A stretch of DNA of 64,000 nucleotides, from positions 103,230,001-103,294,000 of the forward strand of contig OX597819.1 in the NCBI GenBank assembly GCA_951406725.2. The letters run 5' to 3'. Shown in pieces: positions 1-13,058 of this stretch. Positions within the stretch are counted from its first letter, which is position 1. Each line of letters opens with the position of its first letter. The DNA comes from Octopus vulgaris. Lineage: Eukaryota. The notes below the pieces were generated by a model, which saw only the letters and a program-made list of their open reading frames with translations, was not told the origin of the DNA and did not search any database. A program made the position numbers and the translations under genes.

Positions 1-85
1 CTTGTACGCATATATGCATATATATATATTATAATATATTATATAATTATATATATATTGTGATTACTAATATTACTATTATATA

Positions 86-236
86 TACGACGGACTTCTT
101 TCAGTTTCCGTCTACCAAATCCAGTGACGAGGATTTGGACGGCCCGAGGCAATAGTAGAAGTCACTTGCTTAAGGTGCTACGCAGTGGAACTGTTTCAGG
201 ACCATGTGGCTGAGAAGCAAGCTTCTTATAACACAG
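86..236 (-). mobile_element. tRNA-derived SINE, family 1 (5' half, degenerate)
   Basis: Reverse complement matches the repeat at 13059, 33331, 37141 and 54510 (ctgtgtggtaag...ggttcagtcccactgcgtgg...aagtgtcttctactatagcc...gagtggatttggtagacggaaactgaaagaag). Confidence 0.75.
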
Positions 237-1504
237 TGTCTCTCTCTCACACACACACATACACACACACACACACATACACACACACATACACATATAT
301 ATATGCATAGAGAGACAGACAGAAAGACAGACAAACAGAGAAAGAGAGCCAGACAGACAGAGCCAGAGGCAGACAGCCAGACAGACAGAGTGGGAGAGAG
401 GAGAGAGAGATAGAGTAGTTAGAAGAGAAGGCAATGCCCATGAAATTTAACTTGTCCTCCGAGATGAGAAAGAGTGAGGGGAAGTATCCTCAAGCCAGAG
501 ACATCGCTCGAACGATTAAACAGAGTGAACACCGCCAAGTTCACCAAGGATCCACGTAGAGTTTTTAAACCCCACCGCAGATTAAGATGATCGTATTGTC
601 TCCTTGAAATTAGAGTACAAAAGGCTGGAAAAATACTGCAAGATATCCAATCCAACGCTCTTAGAGTTCGGCCAGTCTAATTTTGGTTCTTATTTATACT
701 GACTAAGAATTAGTGAATAGCAAAATTGATCTCAAAGTGTTTTGACCTCAGAGCTCCGAATATCAGATGAAATACCACGACAAGATGAAATAGTCTAAAC
801 GAGGCTCTAACTCTTCTTCTAATTAACTGTCTTAAAATAGTGGGGTGGAGACAGCCGGAAAGACTGACTTGGAGTTAAACAACGAGTGTACCTCTCAAGT
901 ACTGCTGGCACTAATTATACTCCCACTAAATGCTCCTCACTGCCATTACAACTAACAAACGGGGAAACAAATGTGAGTACCTGTACACTCTTGCTTGGTC
1001 TCTTAGCAAACGTTTACGGGTGCTGTCATTTGTCCACTGTGTCCTATATATCAAAAACACAATAATTCAAAAGAATTAGGTGGTTACTTCCACCGAGGAG
1101 GCAAAATCACGCCGAAACGCTGACGTGATTTGGAATTTGATTTGATCTGCTAAATTTCCCTTATATCATCATTTGAAGTCTTAAATACAATGAAGAATTC
1201 ATTAAATGATATGGGCTTTAGATATATTGGGACTGAATAAAACTGGTTGCAACGACTTGCATGATTGTTCTAGAATAAGAGCGATTTTAAGTTAACCACT
1301 ACCTCCATAGAAAGCACCACCACTGAAACCAATACAAACAACACCACTAACACCACAAAAATCAACAATAATATAGCAAGCACCACCAACAGTACCATCA
1401 TCAACGCTGTCTCCAACACAAGCAACACCATCGCAAACACTTTCATCACCAACAAGGGCAACGCAACCAAAACGATCATCACCAACAATAACAATATCGG
1501 TTTC

Positions 1505-1697
1505 AAATTTTGGCACAAGGCCAGTAAATTCAGGGTGAGGGCAAGTCAATTACATCCACCCCAGTGCTCCACCGGTCCTTATTTTATCGATCTTGAAGGA
1601 TGAAATATAAAGTTGATCTCGGCGGAATTTGAATTAAGAATGGACCGAAAGCTACTAAGAATATTACCTGGCGTGCTAACAATTCTGCCATCTCGCC
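1505..1697 (-). mobile_element. SINE family 2, degenerate copy
   Basis: Reverse complement similar to 58174-58402 (ggcgag.tggcagaa..gttagcacgcc...ttcaaattccgccgag.tc.acttt...ttcatcctt). Confidence 0.6.
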
Positions 1698-2176
1698 ATG
1701 TTACCAACAACAACGATATCAAACAGCTTCACCAAGAACAACTTGAAGGCCGCCACCACCATCAGCAAAAATGTCACCGTCAACACCACCACCACCACCA
1801 CCACCACCACCATCAACATAACTACCGTCAGCAATACAAACAACAAATAACATTCAACAAAAGCAATGACTGAACAACCAACTACTTCTTCCAATACTAC
1901 CACAAAAAAGACAGTTCCACCATCACCACTACCTCCATCACAATAAACACCATCACAATAATCATCATCACAACAATCGCCATCACCCCAGCCACCATCA
2001 TGACAGTCACAACCTATCACAACAACAAGAGACATGTTGGAAAATTGTTTCTCACAGAGAGATGGTCACGATTAGAACGCCTTTGATCATATATCTACTA
2101 GATCAGGGACGAACTAACAACTACTATCTCCATCACCAATGCTAATTAATACTTGCACCAATACAACCACATATAT

Positions 2177-2218
<42 letters not shown>

Positions 2219-2999
2219 CCCAAGTTATACGACCACTGCTACCCTCACAACAACCATCACCCTTACTATCACTCATGTACAACACCATCAGAAGCAGCTG
2301 TATCCATGACATAGTCATTGAGTAGTAGTGAGAGGAGGCGATTACGGAGTGGGAGGGGGAAGAGAAACAGAGCAGGGCAGTTAAGAGGCCATCAAGGTCA
2401 GGTCAATTGAGGTCAAGAGGTCAGATGTGTGAACGCGTTCATGTTTGTATTGCGGCGGTGGGTGAACAGATCTGTGTACATGTATAGTATGCGTATGTGT
2501 GTGTGCGCGATTGGGGGGTGTATGTAACGCTGTGCAGCGAGTACAACTGACATGGTACGGGGATGGGGTGGATTGTGGGTGGGAGAACAATGTCATTATA
2601 GACGTGGTAAAGGGGAGGTAACTAAGATGTGTAGTAGTAGTAGTAGTAGTAGTAGTAGTCTATTGGGGGTGTTGTGACGTTATTGGTAACGTGAACTATA
2701 CTTGATAAGTGTTGGTAACGGGACGACAGATTCGATGAGGAGCAGTCGTGGTGGTGGTGGTGGTGGTGGGTGATAAGTGATGTTATCGGGTAGTACGAAT
2801 GGTGACCGTGGCGGTCATGGCATTGTTGATTTTGTTGTGCCGCCCACACTGCATCATAGAAAGTGTAGTTTTATATTTACTACGATGACAATGTGATCTG
2901 AGGGAAATTTGACTGCTGTTTCTAAAAATATTATGCAACCAAGAAGTTCCCACGGTGATGCTAGTGGCGGTGAGGGCGGTAGTAGGCGTGGTGGTAGCG

Positions 3000-3445
3000 A
3001 CGTTAGCGGTGGAGGCTGCGGCCTTTGAGGCGACAGTTGCGGCGGTTTAAGCAGGGGCTGTGCCAGCGACGATAATTGTAGCGGCGGCGGTTTTGCCGGC
3101 GGCAGTAGTCACGGCGGTAGCGGCAGTCACGGCGGCGACGGTCACGACGGCGGTGGTCATGGCGACGGCGGTCATGGTGGTGGCGGTCACGGCGGCGACG
3201 GCGGTCATGGTGGTGGCGGTCACGGCGGCAGCGGCGGTTGCGGCGGTTTTTCCAGCGGCAGCGGTGGCAATTGCGGCGGTGGCGTTGAGATGGTGACAGT
3301 TGCGGCGTGGGGTTCCGGTGGTGGCGGTTGCAGCGGTGGTTACAGCGGCAGAGACGGTGGCGACGGCGGCGGTTGCAGCGATGGCGGCGGTGGTTGCAGC
3401 TGCGGCGGCGGTTGCGGCCGGCGGCGGTGACGATGGCGGTGATGG
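3000..3445. repeat. GC/CpG-rich imperfect tandem repeat built from GCG/GTG triplets
   Basis: Reiterated gcggcggt units and a repeated ~33-bp unit (gtcacggcggcgacggcggtcatggtggtggcg). Overlapping ORFs are pure low complexity. Confidence 0.8.
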
Positions 3446-4310
3446 TACTGGTGGTATTGGTAGTTGTTGTAATGTTGGTGTGAAAAATCATGGACTCGTA
3501 TTGTTTTAATTGCGGTCACCGTTATGTACGTCGTTGATTTTGTTGCTATTTTCGAACTCCAATTCAATCTTGATCAACCAGACCTATCAACGTCGGCGTT
3601 TCGACGAGGTACAGATGAACTAGTAATGGAAATATGGTGGAGAGAGTTGTGTACGCAGGGATACGGCGTGCCCCTATTTTTCAGCTCACGTTGAGAGCTT
3701 ACAGTGTTTAGTTTCACTCTCCTAGTCTCAACCTCTTGGATCTTAGCCTTAACAAAGTAACTAATGCGTGTTTCCAAAAGTGAGGTTAGCCATAGATAAG
3801 ATATACTAGTATTTTTGAATAGCGACAGAAGTCGATGTGAGCCACAAAGATCTTTTTTCCGGGAATGGAGTTTCCTAACGGATAAATGCTAAATCATAAC
3901 ATACTAAAAATGAGTAATGCTCTCTTGAAAATTTGGATTGTTTTCTTTTTTTGTTTTTTGTTTCTTTTCGATATAATTTATTTATATAGTTTACTCTTAT
4001 TCAGTATTTGATGAATAATATTTTATAAAGTGGTTATATTTATTATACCATAGACAAATACAAGTATATCAAATAGCATAGAACATAAACGCTTGATTTA
4101 TTAAAATTATCTCCGGCTCTGGAAGATGTATCATAATTTCCAAATAGCAATTAACATCAGCTCTACATGAGAAAGGGAGATAATTTCACGACTGAAGGAT
4201 TCTCTAAAGTTAACACGTTATTAAGAAAAAGGAAAAGTTTTCTGTCTGGAGATAAACGGGCACAAATTTATGACTCGTTAGCCGTCATCAGCAAGATAAT
4301 CGACTGACAT

Positions 4311-4689
4311 GTTAGTTAGTTAATTAGTTAGTTAGTTAATTTGGCTCAAAAGCAAATAGCAAGGCCATGTAGGGGGACATGGAGTTAAGTACAGGGTGGT
4401 GTTCATGTAAAGAGTTCAGGCCACTTGAGGTCCAGGGAGGCTTTGAACAAAGCGGTCGTCGGCATCTTCACCATCTCGTCTGGCAGCTTGTTCCACGGAT
4501 CCGCAACCTGACGGAGAAAGCTCCTCTCCTTCGATTGAGATGAAATCGTCGCAGGTAGAGCTTTTCGGAATGACCCCGCAGCCGACGCTCTGGAGCAGGA
4601 GTGAAGAACAGCTCTTTCGAGAGGTTACACTTTCCGCTTATGATGTTGTGGGCGAGAATGAGATCACCACGGCGGCGGCGTTTTTCAAG
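4311..4689 (-). mobile_element. CR1-type LINE 3' fragment (ORF2 C-terminus, 3'UTR and (CTAA)n tail)
   Basis: Minus strand reads LEKRRRRGDLILAHNII...RLRGHSEKL...NRRRGAFSVR/VADPWNKLPDEMV...FKASLD* with one frameshift. This is the typical CR1/L2 post-RT pattern (RRxRGDL, RGH, WNxLP, FKxxLD). It ends in a tetranucleotide tail (gttagttag on +). Confidence 0.8.
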
Positions 4690-5021
4690 TTGATTTTCAA
4701 TTGTTATTGTTGAGACTCAATAGCTGTCCTCGATAAGACAATCGACCGACCCTATCTACAGCATCAAAGGTTGACCTAGAAAAAAATTAATTATTATTTA
4801 AAATTCAGTACTAATATTTGCTTCTGAGTGCAATGTCGGAATTTTGAGGTGAGAGGGGGTGAGAAAATTATACTATCTTCAGTATTTGACTGGTTCTTTA
4901 TTTTGTCAATTCCGTGGGAAGGAAAATAGAAGTTGATCTTGGTAAGTTTTGAACTCAGAACGTAAGAAACTGGAATGAACACTGCAAGTGATTCTTTTTC
5001 CTCGCGTTTCGGACATCAGTT

Positions 5022-5467
5022 GGCCCATATGATATCAGGATAGTATTCAAGAGTTATACAACACTTCGCAAATATCTCCTTCGAGTTAAACCAACAATAG
5101 AAGAGAATATGACCAATGATTCCATGTACTCCATCCCATGCAACTGTGTTAGGTTATACAAAGGCGAAACATGCCATCCCTTCAAAATAAGGGTAGACAA
5201 ACATCGCAAAGCTGTGACACGAGGAGATATTGATAATCGGGCATAGCTGATCATGTATGGAAAAATCGAGACCACTTCCTTTTGTGGGATGAAGTTAAAA
5301 TAATAGGCAGAGAACACCACTGGAAAATACGAAAATTAAAAAAAAAAAAAGAAATAAAAGCAGCACATATGCTAGGACACAACAACCTCCTAAACAGACC
5401 GAGTGCAGATATGAGCAGCATATGGGAACCGGTATCAAGGAAGGATAGAAAAATATTAGATTTATAA
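5022..5467 (+). pseudogene. Penelope-like element GIY-YIG endonuclease remnant
   Basis: Translates IRIVFKSYTTLRKYL...MYSIPCNCVRLYKGETCHPFKIRVDKHRK, then after frameshifts IADHVW...WDEVKIIGREHHWKIRKLK..AAHM...LLNR. This matches the PLE GIY-YIG pattern (VYxIPC..YIGET..R..EH). Confidence 0.75.
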
Positions 5468-5495
5468 GCCCTAAAATTCACTCCATAATTGCCAA

Positions 5496-5570
5496 CGGGC
5501 ATATGGCGTAGTGGTTAAGAGCGCGGGCTACTAACCCCCAAGATTCCGAGTTCTATTAAGTAGTGACCTT

Positions 5571-5600
<30 letters not shown>
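5496..5600 (+). mobile_element. Short tRNA-like element with (TAA)n tail
   Basis: A-box TGGCGTAGTGG, anticodon-like arm gcggg-CTACTAA-cccc and a degenerate B-box, followed by a TAA tract. A second copy is at 28285. Confidence 0.7.
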
Positions 5601-5601
<1 letters not shown>

Positions 5602-6081
5602 TCGAAAAATGAATTAGGAATAAATTCGAAATTTCCCCAAGAAGGTATATCAGCTGAAACGTTGTGTTAACAACAAACAAGATGAGGATAAATATCCGTC
5701 GAATGTAAATAATGTACATAATTCCTCATCTCTTAAATATAGAACTGTACTCACATAATCACTTTCGTATTCAAACGTGGGTGAAAGCGTGCTGTTCGAC
5801 TAACTTCGAATTGGCTTCCTATCCCTACTTCTTTAGTTGAACGCCTTAAATACTTGACTGAATTTTAGCAAGCTGATCCCTTTTCTTTCTTAATTCATCA
5901 TTTTCGCATTCTCTCACCAAGAATTAACTCACCATCGATAAGTCCTGGATGACCAACTCCTCTGCTAACATCCCACCTGTTGCTTTTGGTTTTCTGCAAA
6001 GGCAGCAATGTTTTCTTGTTTTTGTATTCATTCCGATGAAAGCCTTTTGTTCTACAACATACCCCTCGTATCATTTCTATG

Positions 6082-6131
<50 letters not shown>

Positions 6132-6324
6132 TGCCCCCTCTCTCTCCCTCTCTCTTCCCCTCTCTCTCTCTCAATTTGACATCTACTCTCGAGTTTCACT
6201 TCTTTCCTGTCAATGTTATAGGCTAGGCTACACCAATAATCAGATCCAAGGAATTGCACAGCAGTACGTGGCAACGAGCTTTACTTACCTTAAACAACAG
6301 ATACATCACTACAGACTGTACTTG

Positions 6325-7320
6325 GTCGCTCGACGTGCTAGAAATAACAGCCAAATTTCCCTCAAATTACATTCAAATGCTTTTAAAAAAGAGTGTTCAG
6401 GCTGGATAAAATGCAGTGATAAAATTCTGATGGATGATGATAGCCGGGATGTCTTTGTTTATAATCAGTGGTATTAAAGGCAACTACAACACATATATCT
6501 CCAAAGATTCAATCATTTTCATCTTCAAGCGAATGTGTAAGCCTCGAACGCCATCAAATTGCATCCAGCCTTATGTTTTCTAATTTAGACATTTGATCAG
6601 AATTTTTGAGAAAAGGATGTTAATGTATTACATCGAATCTAGTACATCACTGATACTATATTCAATCAACCTCGAAAGGACGAATGACAAAATTGGCCTC
6701 AGCGATATTTGAAATTAGGACGTATTGGGTTGGTGCATAATTATTGCGGCTTTTTTTCAACAAATGTTATTCAAGAAAAACAATAACAATATTTAACTAA
6801 AAAATGTTTAAATGATGGTCTGACCGACTGCCAATTAAATGGGAAGCAGTAATTGAAGTAGATGGTGAATATTCTCCGGAATAATCATTTATATATGTTT
6901 TTGTTACATGTTGCTATTGCTTTTGTTGAATAAAATTTCTTGAAGGAAAAAAAAAAGCCGCAATAATTATGCACCAACCCAATAAATTGAGAAACAATTG
7001 CCGCAAAACATTTATTCCAAAGCTTTGATGTTTCTGCCAAGAAACACGTCGGAAGATGGGAGCCTGAGCTCTCAGTAGACAAGGTTAAAGCAGGATGGTC
7101 ATGGTTGGAATTCTTTTGATCATAGGTCTGCTCGATTGCGACTCATCAACAAATGCATCAATACAGAAGCCTATATGTTGTCGCTTGAGGTGCTAGAAAT
7201 AGCAGCCAAATTTCCCTCAAATTACACTTAAATATCTTTAAAAACGAGTGGCGAGACTGGAGAATACAACGATAAAATTCTGATGGATGATCATGGCTGG
7301 GATGTCTTTGTTTATGGATC
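6325..7320 (+). repeat. Two diverged copies (6325-6470, 7181-7320) of an old dispersed repeat
   Basis: Shared gtgctagaaata.cagccaaatttccctcaaattaca...gataaaattctgatggatgat.at.gc.gggatgtctttgtttat. The core motif recurs near 10835, 12890(-), 18240(-), 48896 and 60702. Confidence 0.65.
6725..6982 (+). mobile_element. Internally deleted mariner element (MITE-like) with TA target-site duplication
   Basis: Perfect ~33-bp TIRs TTGGGTTGGTGCATAATTATTGCGGCTTTTTTT, flanked by TA at 6723-6724 and 6983-6984. The TIR resembles the Hsmar1/cecropia type. An internal remnant encodes LPIKWEAVIEVDGEYSPE*, a mariner transposase C-terminus. Confidence 0.9.
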
Positions 7321-7412
7321 TGATCGATCACAGTTGACGTGGGGCTAAATAGAAACAACACCACCACCGCCATTTCTCCCGTGATGATAGGGGTGACGAC
7401 TGTACTCAACAA

Positions 7413-7414
<2 letters not shown>

Positions 7415-7467
<53 letters not shown>

Positions 7468-7470
7468 TGA

Positions 7471-7529
<59 letters not shown>

Positions 7530-8060
7530 AATGAGGTGAAGGGTCTGACCGCTTATATCAATAAACAATTGACCTTTCCTCTCACTGATACCACTTACTT
7601 TCTGCCACTACCTTTCACTCTCAGCAACGAAGCTAACAAGGAATCTGTCATCTGTCAATATGAAACAGCGGGGAGTTGAGGCCCTCCACCTTCTAACACT
7701 GAGTTGAGAGGGTGAGGGAAGAGGTAACAAAAACAAAGAGAGTGGCGGGGATCTGTATAAAAGCAGACAGAGAGAAGGACTGGTATAATATGGTTGCAGC
7801 GATTTAGGTGAGGAATACCGAGTGATAGAGAGAAAGGAGAAAGACGGAGAGAGAGTAGGAACTGAGGGAGGGAGAGCGAGAGAGAGAAAGAACTGAGCGG
7901 GGAGCGGGGAGAGAGAGAGAACTAAGAGAGTGAGAGAGGTTTATGTAAAATGACACTGAGAAAAAGAGAGAGAAATTAAGGGTAAGAGTTAGGGTGCTTT
8001 GCAACGGTGAAGGGTTTGCGTAAGTGGGGAAAGGTGAAAAAAGAAGACAAAAGAGAGGAC

Positions 8061-8097
<37 letters not shown>

Positions 8098-8458
8098 GAG
8101 AGGGAGAGAGAGAGTCAGACAGACAGAAAGAGAGAGAGAGAGACAAACACACTGTGTTTGTGTGTGTATATTAGTGTGCGTGTGTATGTGTATTTGTTGG
8201 GGTGGGGTATGTGTTTGTGTGCAAGTGTGCGCGCGCATGTGTGTGTAAGAGAGAGAAGGGATATAACGGTAGCATAAGAGAGTTGTGGTGAGAGGGGGAG
8301 ACTTGTGTAATGGACTAACGTTCGGAGTAAGAGAGGATTGAAGAGAGCGAAATAGAGAGAAAGAGAGGGAGTGAGAGAGAAAAGAGAGAGGTAGAGAGAC
8401 ACACAGAATATGGAGGAAAACAGAGACAGTGAGAGAAAATTAAGAGACAGAATGTAAG

Positions 8459-8492
<34 letters not shown>

Positions 8493-8498
8493 GTAGAC

Positions 8499-8573
<75 letters not shown>

Positions 8574-8665
8574 CAGATAAATAGAGAGAGAGAGAGGTAG
8601 ATAGACAGACAGAATATGGAGGGAAAAAAGAAAGACAGTGAGAGAAAATTAAGAGAAAGAACGTA

Positions 8666-8730
<65 letters not shown>

Positions 8731-8736
8731 AAGAGT

Positions 8737-8769
<33 letters not shown>

Positions 8770-9038
8770 GGGGGACGGTATGCTGTGTGAAGACAGTTAA
8801 TAGCGTAACAGTTATAGGGTTGTGTAAGAAATACCGAGGGAGAGAGAGGGGTAGAGTGAGGAGTAGAGAGATGAGATAGAGCGAGGGGGTTGGTGACGGA
8901 GAGGTTAACTAGATAGAATACGGAGAAAAGGGCGCAGTTTTGAAAATGGGTGAAATGTAGTAGGCAGGTGGGTGGAGGTGCAAGCAGGAATTAAGGGAAC
9001 AGTTGAGAGTAGAAGAGAAAAAGGGTCGCGGAGGTGGT

Positions 9039-9084
<46 letters not shown>

Positions 9085-9600
9085 CAGCAGTAGTAGTAGT
9101 AGTGGTGGTGGTGGTGGTGGTGGTGGTGGTGGTGGTGGTGGTGGTGGTGGCGGCGGCGGCGGCGGCGGCGGCCGTGGTGGTGATGGTGGTGGTGGCCGTG
9201 GCGGTGGGGGTAGGAGCGAAGGCAATGGGAGTGAAGAAGAAGAAGAAGAAGAAGAAGAAGAAGAAGAAGAAGAAGACAGAATGGAAAGCATAAGAAACTC
9301 TAAAAATCAGAGACAGAGTGAGAAAGAAAGAGTGAGAGAGAGAGAGTGTGTGAGAGAGAATGAGAGAGGAGGAAGAAAGAATGAAAGTATATTATGGAGA
9401 TAATGATCGACGCCAATGCAAAAGAGAGAGAGCGAGAGGGGGGAGAGAGAGACAGAGAGAGAGAGAGGGAGAGAAAGAAAGACAGACAGGCAGAAAGAGA
9501 GAAAGAGAGATGGATGGAGATGTGTAAAGAGAGAATGAAGAATCAGAGGAAGAGAGAAAATTTGTCAGAGAAAGAGAAGAGTTGAGGATAAGGAAAGGCT
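7415..9600. repeat. Microsatellite-rich purine tract: (GT)n, (GA)n, (TAGA)n and compound (AGT)n(GGT)n(GGC)n(GAA)n
   Basis: Directly visible: (GT)n 7415-7528, (TAGA)n 8460-8580 and 8666-8730, triplet block 9041-9275. Confidence 0.95.
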
Positions 9601-10807
9601 GGATGTTGGAGCAAAAACAGAGGGATAAACATGGGGAGAAGTGAGAGAATTGAATGAACCGTAGTAACGATAAACCGGAGAAGAAGAGACAGGGAGATAG
9701 GGAGAGTTGGTGTAGGAGAGTGAAATAAACTTTAAGAACATGGAAAGAGAGTGAGGGTAGTGGAGGGAGTAAATAAGGGAAAATAATGTTGGTGGGGAGT
9801 TGGAAAGTAGCGGTAAGAGAAATATAAAGAGTCGAGTTCGTACTAGAGAGATATGAAGGAGTGAGAGTGAGAGGAGAGAGAAGGATAATTGAATTAGTTA
9901 CAGTGGTAGGAGTGACTTTCAGTGTTTGTATAATATTTGATAGGGAGAAGGGTAATGATCAAATGTCAGTGACGGTGGGATATTGGATTTATTGTAATGT
10001 ATTATGTCCATTAAATTACAGGTTCGAATTCCACACCAGTTATTATTGCATTTCGTCCTGTCCATGAAAGATAAACTAAATACTAGCTATGTATACTGAC
10101 TCGGGAACGAAATTTGCTTAGCGAGTACATACCCAGGACCAACATTTTTTACAAACAAGGTCTTATTGTTTGTTTTTTTTTATTTTTTTTTTTCTTTGCT
10201 CATTGAGACGAAACCTAACTTCAAGCTACTTTCTACAGATCATGTTTTACGCACTGTTTTCTAAACCTGAGAAAAGGGTGCAAACTATGATTTTGCATTC
10301 TTCCTCCTAGACCCCCGCCAAAATGAAACATTTTTACGAGATGCGCTTGCATCCTCTGCACTCCTCGTTCTCGGGCCCGTGGTTATGTACTGAATAGGAT
10401 GCATCGAAAAAAATAATTCTTCCTCAATCTTTATGAAATTCTGCAAATTTAGAAATAATTCCGTTGCTATTTTTGCTTAGTCCTGACCTAACAGACATAT
10501 ACTCAAAGACATTCTAACCATGACCAAACCATTTTTTTTTCTGCTTTATTTTTTTCTTAAGCGTTAGTATTGCTTGTGCGATAACGAAGTTTCTCTGATC
10601 TTGGTAAATTTCTTACAACCACTTGAAGAGCTTCAAATTTTCACCAGATTATTTTTCTAAAAATAATTTCTAATATATTTCTGTATGTTGACAGCGAAAA
10701 TCGCATTCATTGATAATAAAAAAAAAAGTGAAACGCATTTAATTTTATACATTTTTAACCAATCGGTAGCTCCTTTTAGCAACATATCTTCTGTGCTGGT
10801 TTGTACA

Positions 10808-11284
10808 AAAGCCTTTACATGCTCTTGTGACGTGCTAGAAATACCCGCCAAATCTTCTTTGAACTACTTCTCATAACGTCTAAAAACACGAAGGACGTAA
10901 TCTTGTTCCACAGCAGAGTTTATCTTCTCGCTTGAAGCAGACTCAAGTGTTTGCTACTTGCTCAGTGTTATTCATGAGATATAAATTAAAGCCAATCACC
11001 ATCGTTTTAAACTCTTAACAAACTCACGACCCTCGGAAATTGAAAACCAATTTTATTGACAATTTTATAGGAGAATCGTGAATTCAGTCAAAGTTTACAT
11101 ACGTAGCACAATGTTTCGACTATTTTTGCTTTGATAGAAAGTATTTGGACTTGTCTCAAGCGAGAAGATAAAGGGTGCTGTGACACAATGTTTCACCCGT
11201 TGAGCTCTTTTAGACATTAAAGAAAGTAGTTTAAGGAAGATTTGGTCGCTATTTCTTGCACGTCATGAGAGCATGTAAAGGTTT
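10808..11284. repeat. Diverged inverted repeat, ~130-bp arms with ~220-bp spacer
   Basis: 10808-10936 (cctttacatgctct..tgacgtgc.agaaata...tttatcttctcgcttga) is the reverse complement of 11156-11284 with scattered mismatches. Confidence 0.75.
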
Positions 11285-12204
11285 GTATGCCGATCTCTAT
11301 TATCCTGGAGTTTAGCACAAACAATCTGTCCCCAAATGAAAGGTCGCGATTGACTAAAAGTGCACAACTTTAAATGTTTATAACTGTATCGTTATTAATT
11401 ACTTGGGAAAAAATAATAATAATGCGAATTTCATTTTCAGCATAAAGAACTACGTCAGAACTACACTCTTTGAAAATAATTTGGTGAAAATTTGAAAAAC
11501 TTCAAGGGCTGCAATGAATTTAACAAGACGCTGAAGCTCATTTTGCAACCATGTCGTTTATGGTACAGTCGCACTGCACGTCACTTTGGATGTCTTCTAA
11601 CCTCAGGTCGATCAATGCCTTGTGAGTGAATTTGGTGGACGGAATCTGTGTGGAAGTCCGTTGCATATGTGTGTGTTTGCGTGAGTGTATGTGCTTGTGT
11701 TTTGTATTTTTATGTGTGAGCGTGTGAGTGTGTGAATACGTTTTTGTGAATCTGTGTGTTTGTGTGTGCGCGCCCATGTTTCTAGGTGTATCTCTTCACC
11801 CACAACATGATAACCGAAGTCGATTTGTTTACGTCCCTATAACTCAGCGGTCTGGCAAAAGAGACCGAAGCTTTAAAACAAAAACATGTATTGATGTCGA
11901 TTTGTTCATCTAGATCCTTCAAGTCAATGCCCCTTTGTGGCTGCAATCCAGTAACAGAAACAAGTAAAAGATAAACAATATTAAAGTAGTAGGCTACATT
12001 ATTTAATGCAGAGCTTTCAAATTTTTTCACATAGGCGACACTGTTTTAAAACATTATTTCTGATGGCACTTGTATTAATTACTCTAGAAATATAAGGTGC
12101 GGTTTCGATGGATTATTGCTCTCACCTCTGGAACAGAGCTGCTGCTGCACACACGAACAGTATTGACAACATTCAAGCAAGGCGGTATCCGACTGACTAG
12201 AATA

Positions 12205-12340
12205 GTGATTAGGGTGTTGGACTCATGATCATAAGATAGTGGTTTCGATTCCTGGGCCGGACAACGCTTTGTGTTCTTAAGCAAAACACTTTATTTCACG
12301 TCGTTCCAGTCCGCTCAGCTTGGAAAAATGAGTAATCATG
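12205..12340 (+). mobile_element. tRNA-derived SINE (family 3-related), 5' part
   Basis: agtgattagggtgttggactcatgatcataagatagtggtttcgattc... is highly similar to 13804-13940 and has A/B-box-like motifs. Confidence 0.7.
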
Positions 12341-13058
12341 ACTAGAATATTGCTTCTCGTAGCTAGATACATTCTCTGTAACACTTGTATTCCTGTCCCA
12401 TTGTCACCACCGCGTTAGTGATTAAGTCCTAACACCTTACACTAATCCATACGCCCAGTCCTTCTTTCTCTGAACGTCTGTCTTCTGGAAGTCCTTCCTG
12501 GCACTTACCTTGGCGACACGTATTGAATTAATACTTCTAACGGAGCATTAATAGCAGCAATCTCGCCAGTTTAGGATGGTTCACAAAGGTTATTCGCTCA
12601 ACCTATTTCTCCAGATCTAACCAATAAATCAAAATGATTTGTTATCAACTAAATATCGAATCACATGTTACAAGTGACATGTCTAACCGTAGAAAGTTGA
12701 CTAATCTCAATTATATTTCACAAGCAAATATTCCTGAAATTTAATCAGAATTGACTTAATTACGCTGCTCACCTAGTAATTACAGGTGACACACTTAGGT
12801 GTTGCAACACACAGTTTGGAAACCTCTGATCTAACAGGTTCTTCCATTTTGTTTTTTATTTTAAGATAATAGAATGTGACATTCAGGAGAATTTGGCAGC
12901 TATTTCTAGCAGAGTCAGTAGTGAAGTAGATGACTCCCCTCCATTAGCTTGTGCAAATCTTTCTTTTATTTAACGTGCCACAGCGACACAGAAATGAATT
13001 TTCCAATCTCTCATTAGTAAGTGATATCGATGTGACAGATGTTCAGTAAGAATGTCTA

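Noticed and set aside
3003-3567. Arg/His-rich and Ala/Val-rich ORFs (protamine-like or antifreeze-like)
   Set aside because: All frames are open because the GC triplet repeat lacks stops. No non-repetitive coding signal is present.
8905-9403. Poly-Ser/Gly/Glu and poly-Pro/Leu ORFs
   Set aside because: These are translations of adjacent triplet microsatellites, with no domain or splice support.
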